In this document: in pieces, positions 26,744 to 36,520 of the stretch
Layout: the number at the start of each line of letters is the position of its first letter
Position numbering within the stretch: position 1 is the stretch's first letter
NCBI GenBank assembly: GCA_977020255.1
Contig: CDROCS010000452.1
Location: 62,001 to 126,000, forward strand
Direction: 5' to 3'
Length of the DNA stretch: 64,000 bases
From: Obrimoposthia wandeli
Lineage: Eukaryota
Translations under genes and position numbers: made by a program
The notes under the pieces: model-generated
Seen by the model: only the letters and a program-made list of their open reading frames with translations
What the model was told of the DNA's origin: nothing
The model's database searches: none

Positions 26744-27171
26744 TTATAAAAAATATAACAAAATGTAATAAAATGTATTTTCTAAAAACATAGCGGTGTA
26801 AACTCCAAATATCTGAGAGCAGGAAAATTTTTCGGTTCAAACATGCATTCTTCTTTCATTTTCTCTGCAATTTTATAAAGATTTATTGCTTTCCTAAGAT
26901 TAACTATAATTGTGATTGGTTGTATGGGGCTGATTTGAATTCCAAAAATTGTAAATTGAACTCATTCAATGGTGTTTTGCATCCAAAAACACGACAACTT
27001 CCTAAAAGAATTCAATTTTTTAAAGTAAAATAAAAACTAACCTGAGGGGTAAATAACAACTGTGAAATCATCAAACTTTTTCACATATTGTCTCGGCTTC
27101 CAATCATTGAATGGTAAATACGAAATATCATCTTCTATTCTTCCTTTATAATTTATATTTACAAGTTTCAT
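26744..27171 (-). pseudogene. Divergent TBP-fold gene with a 40-nt intron (27041-27002)
   Basis: Spliced product MKLVNINYKG...KFDDFTVVIYPSG|SCRVFGCKTP...IQPITIIVNLRKAINLYKIAEKMKEECMFEPKNFPALRYLEFTPLC. It aligns by eye with TBP motifs LQNIV, LIFSSGKMVCTGAK, IQNMV and YEPELFPGLIYR. One frameshift near 26940 and an apparent deletion after PLC. Confidence 0.72.
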
Positions 27172-27447
27172 AAGATTAAAATTGTCTTCTGTAAATTCTT
27201 CTTTATATATGTCTGAGCCGGCTTTTTTATTGCACATTTCTTGTTAATATCTTGCAAACCTATTATAATTGGATGATATATTTCTTCCAATCAATTTCGA
27301 TTTTTAATATGAATTTAAACCATTCAAATTCAATGCTTTAGTTATATTAACCAATGAGTTTCATGTCTTTGTTACAAATTATTTTAAAATAATGCACCAT
27401 TTGAGGACAAATCATAATAAATGCATTTATATCAAAGACAATTATCA

Positions 27448-27903
27448 ATGATGGACGATAGCCACCGGATATTAAGCGGTGATGAAGATTTAGAAATGTT
27501 TGAAGAATCGGATAAGGATATGTATGAAGAAGTGAAACAATATTTCAAATACAAAGTCAGATTTCTCTAGAAGGCTTAACTGATTGCTTTAGTAAATCCT
27601 GTGATAATTGAAATAAGAAAGTTCAGCTATTATCTATCAAATATTCAAAATACAGATTTTCAATATCTAAAACAGAAAGTTGAAAAGGCAGTTCCAAATT
27701 TTACTTTGAATACGAACGAATTTTATATCTGAGGAGCTGATACAGCATTTCTAGATGACTATGGAAGAGAAATAGATGTTGATGTATTTCCGAAAAAGAA
27801 GCTATGTGCTGTAACAATTCGACTTTATGGTTACAAGAAAGATGAAATTGGAACAAAGTTATCTATGAAGAAAATTGAACATGCTCATATTCCTATGTTT
27901 TAA
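27448..27903 (+). pseudogene. Unknown Polinton ORF A (152 codons, 3 in-frame stops)
   Basis: ATG at 27448 to TAA at 27903 in one frame: MMDDSHRILSGDEDLEMFEE...FYI*GADTAFLDDYGREIDVDVFPKKKLCAVTIRLYGYKKDEIGTKLSMKKIEHAHIPMF. AATAAA follows at about 27927. Confidence 0.55.
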
Positions 27904-28068
27904 CTATTTTCTTTCATTTTACATGTAATAAATTGTAATCGGATTTATTCATTTTTACTATGTGTCTTACATTTGGCAATTAATAGTCAGTTTTATTTTT
28001 CATAATATTTGTATCTTATATGTATTTTTTTATAAACATTGTTTTTTAATCAGTTTCCTTATTTTAGA

Positions 28069-28393
28069 ATGGATCCTCTTCTGAGATATGTAGGGAATTT
28101 TTATTATCCTGAAAGAATTTAGAAAAGGAAAACCATGTAATATATTAAAGATGCATCAAATTATACGAGTTATGAATCCTGTGAAAATATCAAAAGTGGA
28201 GAATAAATATTTCATCGAAATTTTAACAACATCTGATATTGTATATGAAGGAAATTCTTTCCAGCTTGATACGGATTTTTAAAGATACCTGACTTTTAAA
28301 GATAATCTAAGATATTTGATTACTCCAATTTCAGATGAAGAACTATGGAATATTTCGATACGTCTCAATGAATATTTTGCTGATGCCGGTTAA
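28069..28393 (+). pseudogene. Unknown Polinton ORF B (about 107 codons)
   Basis: MDPLLRYVGNF/IILKEFRKGKPCNILKMHQIIRVMNPVKISKVENKYFIEILTTSDIVYEGNSFQLDTDF*RYLTFKDNLRYLITPISDEELWNISIRLNEYFADAG*, with one frameshift and one stop. AATAAA at about 28448. Confidence 0.5.
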
Positions 28394-28494
28394 ATGCAGC
28401 CTGTTTGGACTTTGAGTTAAGCCAATATGGTGTTTTATGTTTGATTTAATAAATGTTTTGAAAATAATTTTGACTCGTATTTTGTTTTTTTTCC

Positions 28495-28570
28495 TATAAA
28501 TTATATAAATCTGACCTAAACGTATTTTCTCTTATATATTATATAAATCTTACCTAAACCTATTTTTCCA
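28495..28570. repeat. Two-copy tandem repeat (ATTATATAAATCT.ACCTAAAC.TATTTT) at the right edge of the Polinton fragment
   Basis: Near-identical units at about 28500 and 28538. Confidence 0.7.
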
Positions 28571-29341
28571 TACCATTTATTTTTACTCGGTTCCTGTTAT
28601 TTTTAGATAATGTATTTTGTCCGTAGCCGGATTTTAACCACAACAACAGCAGCAGCATAGAATGAGAGATTTGTGAAGCAGAATCGACAAGCGCAATCTC
28701 TACAATAAATGAAAGTCAGAAAATAAATATTAAAATAAAATAAGTCTGATAGCATTATTATAAACTATTATAATAATCATTTATAATATCATCGACAACT
28801 AACTGTTCTAGAACTGAATTTATGTCAGTGATCCTCTAGTTCATTGATGCACCCTTTGTTCTTGGACTGTAAAATTGTTAAAACAGCAGAAAACTATCGA
28901 CCAGTTAAACAGCCGTTATTCTCTGGTATATTTACGAAATAAATAATTTTTTATTTTACATATAGGTAGTTTACTACTTTTGTTTATAAATAATATTTGT
29001 ATGATTAACATAATTTTAGTTTTTCAATGTTTTACACAAATTAAAAAAATCAAACACGTGAAAAAATTAAATAAAAATATTATATAGTTTTAGATCAGAT
29101 GTTGTTGACAATTGCCTCATTCAAAATGCTTCTGATACAGAATTATCAAACATTTATTTATTTTTATTTACTAGATGGCCGGTTCCTGCGATTCAAGAAA
29201 CATTTTGCATTTATGTTTTTTATAAATTATTAATTTATATATTGTTTTGTATTTTGATTTTTTTATAATAAAAAATGAACATTTTACTCTTTAAATAAAC
29301 CCTAAAATATATTTACTAAATAATTCAAGTATACAAAAAAT

Positions 29342-30104
29342 GGGGTAAAGAAAAGATGGCAATGGAAATAATGGCAATGGAAAAAATGGCAATGGAAAAA
29401 TGGCAATATGCAAAATATGGAAGAAATGGCAAACTTATTTTATTTTATAAAAAATAAAATAAATTAATAAGTAAAACCAAAAAATTATTATAAACAAAGA
29501 TACATTTGTTGTTCTCACATTTATTTACATTAAAATATTGTACAGTTATGCCATTTTATTTACACATTATATATAACCAAAAGCACATGTTTAATATTAT
29601 TCACACTATGCAGTCTTCGAGAACATCCTATCAACATGTAGATAGCATTTAAGCAAATAGTTCACTCATCAACCACTTGGTTACAATTTGAGATTGCCTA
29701 CATTTGAGATTTGAGAGAAGCCACTCTTTCAGAAGTGCAATTAGTTATTGTTGGTGCATTTGTTATCTAAATTTACTGTGATTATGACTTCATGGCTTCA
29801 TGTTTTTTAAATATTGACACATACATGTACTTAACAAATTTATTTTAACAAATAATCAATTCGCTGCTTAATATCTAAATATGTTACAGAAGCCACTCTT
29901 TGAAAAGCGCAATTAGTAATTTTTGCTGTAAGTCTTATGAACTACTGTATACATTTGTTGTGACTTCAAGGCATCATTTTTATACTTCTTTTTAATTAAA
30001 ATATTTATAATAACAAAAACAAAAATAATATTTTATCTTTGCCATTTTTTCCATTGCCATTATTTCCATTGCCATTATTTCCATTGCCATGTTTTCCTAC
30101 AACC
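29342..30104. mobile_element. Non-autonomous Mutator-like (MULE) element, 763 bp
   Basis: About 70-bp TIRs built from ATGGCAATGGAAA(T/A)A subrepeats. Perfect 9-bp TSD ACAAAAAAT at 29333-29341 and 30105-30113. Confidence 0.85.
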
Positions 30105-31329
30105 ACAAAAAATAATTAAAATAATTAAAATCATAATATTGAGGAACTATCATGTGATCAATTTTCTTGTTACAATTGTTCTAGAAAGTTCCAAATTCAG
30201 ATCTTTATCTATAAAGGATTTATATTTTATTTCAATTAAAAACTTTTCTGTTGTTCAAATCTGTAAATATAATTATAAACAATTGATGTTATATTTTAAA
30301 ACTTTCACTTTTACTTCAGGGAAAATGATTAATTTAATTAATCGAGATTTTATAAGTAAATACTATATAAATCTCAAGGAAACAATGTTTTTTATGTGTA
30401 AAAAAGCAGAAATCCTGTATATTAAATTCACTATGATATTGTTTAAAATATAACTTCTTTCAAATTAAATTATTATCTAAGGAATAACAATCCTGAATTA
30501 AAAGATAGTTCCACATGATTTATTAAAATTTTATTTTTCGTTTTAATTTTAAATTACAACATAACTTACAAAGTTAATGTAATTTGAGATTATTTATGAT
30601 TAAAATATTTTATAATTTTTATTTCTTCAAGCATTATAACCAAAAACATATAAATTACTTAAATTAGTTAAATGTGTTCAATTTATTAAAAACTTATCTT
30701 CTTTAATTGTGTTTCATGAATAAGAATAAAATTTAATTATTTGTCAAATAATAAATAAATTTTAACTTTTTTATCAGTGTCATCTTAGAATGTCTCCTTG
30801 TTAACTAATAAGCAATATTTATAAAATTAAAAAAAAACTATATTCTTATTTTATATAAAGGATTAAGACACATTAATTAACTTTATTTTTTAATCAATAC
30901 TTTTCCAGTAATACACCATTTGCAATATTAATACAGTGTTTAGCATAATTAACCCACACTGCTTTTCTGTAAACTACATAATAAATGATGTAATCGTTTA
31001 TTATTATAAATGAAATGCTTCAATTTTATTTTAGAATTTATAATCAATTATTTAAAAAAATTGGTACTTATTATTTACATAGATATTTGTAGATCTATAT
31101 TGAATTTACTTATTTAATTTCTTGTATTTTCATTAAACTAAAACAATTTCCCGTGAAAAAGTCATGTTCTAACATAAACAAGGAACAAATCCTCTTAGTC
31201 ACAGGGCAATCTTTGTACAAAAACATGATTGACTTTACATTTAATTTTGCTTGAATGCCTAAACGTATGAAGTGCATTACTCAGATTTTAAAATAAGTAG
31301 CTTATTTCAATTTACAAGTTTTAATATCT

Positions 31330-31700
31330 CTTAGAACAACTTTCATTTGATATCAACACAAAATATCCCATATTAGTATTGCAAAAACTGAGAAAACTTC
31401 TATGAACTTCCAGTAGACTTCCAGAGATAGATCTAGACAAAAAAAGTTGGAGGCTCATTATAAACAGTGCCACAACAAAAATGAGTATCGTCTTGTAATA
31501 ATAATATCTCTCTCTTGCTTCTAATACAATGTCAACAACCACAACATTCTGCTACTCCAGCCCATCTGTGAATTAGCAGAGCTCTTCCCCACACGCATAT
31601 TGTTGTCAGACAATGATGGTAAATAGACAATGCCTTCTGCACCAGAAACACTCAGGAGGCTGATACAAATATCGGTGGAGGGATTGGAGAAAATAAACAT
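31330..31700 (-). mobile_element. Possible LINE APE-endonuclease remnant
   Basis: Across frames: RWAGVA (compare R.GGGVA), CGTVYNEPP (compare G.VYRPP) and a MGYF remnant (compare GDFN), in the expected order. Confidence 0.35.
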
Positions 31701-33929
31701 TTATATAGTTCTGTAATTAGGTCTAAATAATCCCATTAAAAACGACCTTGTTAAATTTTACTGTGTCAATAATTTCTTATCCAAATTTTGAACTAATTTC
31801 GAGGTACTTTTCTCTCATATTTCAGTTTAACGAATATTGCGAATGGCATAAACAGTTTACTAGAATCCACTACCGAGATTTGAAGATGATTTACATTACA
31901 ATTAAAAATATGTCATTTGATTGAAAGTATAAGTTGCTAAAGTTAATGCTCGTTTTTCGGTTTTTATACTACTGTAAAGGTTCAATTATAATATGATACC
32001 GTATTAATTTAAGGCTTGAAAGTGGACCTAAATCGTTCTAATACACATTTTAACACGCAGTTTATACTTAGAGCGACTAAAGTGTGGCGTTTAAAACTGG
32101 CAACTAGTGATCACATCGTATTTGAGCTATGCATTCAAGAGTTCATTCTGATTAGTAATTTCTTAACCTATTTTCGAGTATTTAAGACGAGTCCAAAATT
32201 AATACTAATGTTCTAAACCTTTTTCTGTAAAAAAACAATATTTTTGAAGTATGAGTAGGTCATTGTAGTTAACGAAAATAATCCTTATATCGGGCAAATT
32301 GGAAATAACATTTAGCTCCAAAATTTACATTTTAGTCCATATCCTGTTGAAACAGAATTTGCGCATTTAGCTTATTTTCAAGCAAAGAATAAAAATCATT
32401 GAAAATCGATTCTCGGTGTAATTTGATACTGAATTACTCATTTTTAAGCTTTAGATGGTAATCATAAACTAGAACCAGATATTGTAATGTTTCACCCTTA
32501 ATACACGCCTGAATATCGAATTTCACGTTAGAACCATCGCCAGTTTAGCTTATTAATAGTGGCCTACTGTGCATTCGTATAAAAACGTAAAACTTCAATA
32601 AAGAAAGACATGCATCGCACCTATGTAAAGTTTGAGAATGAGTTGAGCAAAGTCATCCAATGACTTCTAATCATCCTCTTTACGAGATACAAATACGCTC
32701 CAAATGCCAGTTATAATGATGGAAACTTGGAGTGAACCAGAAATTTGCTGACATTAACTACCCACTAAGCAGTTTCGTTCGTTTAAGTAAGTTACACATT
32801 ATAAGGTATTTCTTATCTAAATAAAAGTGTCTAATCTTTTATAATGTTGATTTCCCAAAAAAAACATTTCTTTAGATATTTCATTGAAAAGGTCCCATTC
32901 AAACAGTAATCAAAATATACATTTATACACGTATTTCTAAAAATAGTCAGTATTTTGTTTATGCTGAAAATACATATTTCTTCATTTTATATGGAATTTG
33001 TTTGTTTTAGAAAAAACATTAATGGATTAATTTTTAAGAAATCACAAAAAACAATACTTGATCTAATAACGCTTTTCAGAACCATTGGGTCATATCAGAT
33101 ATTTGGGATAATAAAGTCAATCGACACATCACTATGGAGATGGAAATCTATTATCCTATGATACAAATGTGTAAGCTTTAAGTTCAAAAGAATTATGATA
33201 TGAACTAATACAATGAATGAAAGATTCTCCATGTGGCTGCAAAAATAGTCCAGTAACATTGTTTCGCATCTGTCCGGTTCCGGTTTCACCAGTAAAGACA
33301 ATAGAGATTCAATTATCTCAATAGATAAGAAAAACGGGTGGAGTAAATCCAAATGAAACTGATATTGGAAAATAGAAAAGTCTGTATAGATCCCTTTATG
33401 GACTTCACAATAGAGTAACAGTTAATTAATTAAGCAATGATGAAATCTATAATAATGCTGGGAGTTCGTGCTTAATTAACCGTACTACACATTAAATTTA
33501 TTAAGTCACACGAGTAATATAGGAAAAATCATTTCTTATTTATGTATTTAATTTATGTTGTTGGCAACTAAATTAACTTATATTTTATAAAAGTTATTAA
33601 CTTTTCATATTTTGTTATATTCTAAATAAAAAATACTTTGTAGTTAAATTAAATATTCCGATAAAAAATTATATTAGGACGTTTCGAAAAATTTCACTGT
33701 TTTTTAAATTGAACTTAGAGTGTTACATTTTCTATTAAAAGTAAAATTTATTAATATTGTATGTTTATATATAAAAATACCTATTTTTCAATTATTTATC
33801 TAAAATTAGAAACTTGTCTTTAGATATGACTGTCAGTTTTGGAATTTGAGTCATTTTATGACATTATTGGAAAGAAGATTATAAAGCATCCAAAGTAACT
33901 AAATTAATATGTCAATGTGAATATGACAA

Positions 33930-34110
33930 TTCACTTAATAATCTTACAGTACGCATTTCCATCAAGTCTGCACCTATGAGCATATCCACGGCCTTTTCAC
34001 TATTTGCTGTCGGGAAGTTAGTACTCCTCAAATAGGGTTAACTCTTTTTAATCTCGGACCAATCTTTGACTTTAAGATTCCCAGTCGCTTCTTTAGTAAC
34101 TGTTACAACA
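33930..34110 (-). mobile_element. BEL/Pao retrotransposon protease-region fragment
   Basis: DWSEIK...YLRSTNFPTANSEKAVDMLIGADL resembles the Pao W..L....L....IDILIGAD segment. Confidence 0.55.
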
Positions 34111-34579
34111 TGCTGATTAATTCATAAGAAATAATGTTTTCTTGTGCAGTATTCATTTCTTGAAAAATATAAACTAATATTCTGATTTTTATTATTTCAT
34201 ACTTCTCGATGTCTAACATTTTTAATTACACTCAGAAGCTTATTAAATAATTAAAAATTACCTAATAATGTTAGAAAAACAAATTTTTAACACTACGACA
34301 ACCAAATTTTATTTACTGCTTGAACCGCCATATCGGTCAATTAACTGTTGATAAATTCAATAAATGTGTATAAGTTATTCATTTTTACTAATTATACTAA
34401 TACACACATACATTGTTTACGGATGAACTAAAAAGAATAAGTGTTAAAAACTAAACTAAACTGTATTTACTTATTTTAAAATATATGAAAAATTATATTT
34501 TAAGAAAAGTTAATATGTAATATTTGATAATTGTTATATTTTAATGGATTATTATTTCCAACAAATTTATTTATAAACA

Positions 34580-34760
34580 TTTCTGTTTTCAGTAATAACA
34601 GCAACAATAATGATCAGTAAAAATTCTGTTTTAATCAGTAAATGCAATAACGATGGACAGTAATTATTTCTGTTTTCTGTAATAACAATAATAAATATGG
34701 TAAACAAAAATTTCCGAATTCTGCAATAACAGTAATAAATATAGTCAGCAATAATTCTTC
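34580..34760. repeat. Degenerate tandem repeat (TTCTGTTTT...GTAATAACA...)
   Basis: About four decayed copies of a roughly 45-bp unit. Confidence 0.5.
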
Positions 34761-35349
34761 TTTTTGTTGTAATTTAAAAATTGATCTTAGAAATTATATC
34801 CAATCTCTATGCTAAAAAGTTTTATATTTATTTTTCTGTCGTAAGTAACATTATATAGATTTGCCGGTGTTATCTCTTACTTCGCGGGAAATTATCCCAC
34901 CGTGAAGCAGAAGATAAAAACTTGTCATCGATGTCTTAAAAAATCGTTGTTCGACTGTAGGAATTTCGATCAATTCATTTAAACTATATTTCAATTCCCA
35001 ATAATACTAAATGGAAATCAAAGTCAGACCTCTGACGTTGAAGTTATAAAATCATAAATGTGTCAAAATTAAATAAAAGTTACATTTTACATTAAAATTT
35101 AAATTGTATATAAATAATAATTCACATTACATTCGTAAGCAAAAAAATTAAAATATGTATTATTACACTATGAATGGTTCTCAGAATAGCACACATAATT
35201 AGAATAAAAATGTCAGTGTTCATGCAAATGTAAAATTTGTTGTACGTCAACAAAAAAAAGAATTTGTAATAATTGTTTGCGCTACGTAGTTAGTCAGTAA
35301 AAGTGAAAAGTTTCCAATATTAAATAGTTTAATTTTCCAACAACAAAAA

Positions 35350-36520
35350 ATTATTTGACTACGAGAATTGTATCATTATTTGATCTTACTAATGTTACTA
35401 TTTTTATTGTTGTCATTTTCTTTCGTGTCATTTTACATAATGTTATGATTTTTACTCTGTTTATAGCTATTTATTTACTAATAACTTCAAATGAGTACCT
35501 TTTTTATTTTAAATGTGATTCAATTTTTGTTGTTTACTTAAGTTTATTAGTTTTCTTTAATTTACTTTTACATTTATTAGATTATTTTTATTAAATGCAT
35601 TCTAGTTTTTCTTATTGAGTTTCACTCATATAGATTTCTCTCTTTTATTTATATGATTTTTAATTCTTTATTTTGATGTATTAGATGAATTTGTGAAACT
35701 TGGTATTATAATGTCATTATTGGACCTGGTGCTATGTAAACTTTACGTAAATGGATTGATTTTTTAGTTATATTTTGTTTTAGCATTTTAATTTTTATTA
35801 TTGTTTATGATAATGCTATATATTTCAATCAAAATTACTATCATTATTAGTTGAGCTTGATATTTGTTTTCTAAACATTTTTGTTGGCTATAATATGTTA
35901 TAATTATAAATTTGTAAATTTATAAAATCTCTTTTTTTAAAGAAAAATTCATTGATTTCGTATGTTTTCTTTAGTGGTGAGTGCTAACTTATTCATGGGT
36001 ATTTTTGTTATGTTTTGTGTCGTATATAATTCAATTTTGTTGTAGTTTCTAGTATAGTATTTTTTTATCATTAAGCAACTTCCACATTAAATTGTAAGTT
36101 TCAATATTCTCGATATATAATAATTCCTAAGTTTTCTAGAGTGATTATGTTTTACAAGTATCCAGTAGTGTCCACAAAATCTACAAACCATTGGTTTATT
36201 TGTAATTATATATTCTCTACATTGTATTATTATTTTATTTTGGTTGTTTTAAGAATTTTATAGTTAAACTTGAATTTGTTTGTGATTTTACCAAGTATTT
36301 TTCTGTGTTTTGTAAACATAATTTGGTTTCTTGTATATTATTCTAATAAGGGTTTTGTCGAAATTGTCTTTATTAGTTGGATCTTCCATGTTATCATTAT
36401 TTTAGTTTTGCTAAAGTTTAGACAAAAGTATGAGGAGCAAGTCCTAAACATTACCAAAGAATTCATGTTTTTTACACTCAAGGCATCGTTTGAGCGATTG
36501 CCATGACATATATAAAGCAC
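35350..36520 (-). mobile_element. Degenerate LINE reverse-transcriptase C-terminal fragment
   Basis: LNFSKTKIMI (compare LN..KTK.M), ENLGIII (compare KYLG) and a 3' NPF...TR...IIP segment, in the expected order. Confidence 0.4.

Larger units (their letters stand above)
24700..28600. mobile_element. Decayed Polinton/Maverick (adintovirus-like) element fragment
   Basis: A32/FtsK-like ATPase lies next to an RVE integrase with a chromodomain, the established Polinton gene pair, within a tightly packed run of small ORFs. No pPolB, capsid, protease or TIR pair seen. Boundaries approximate. Confidence 0.88.
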
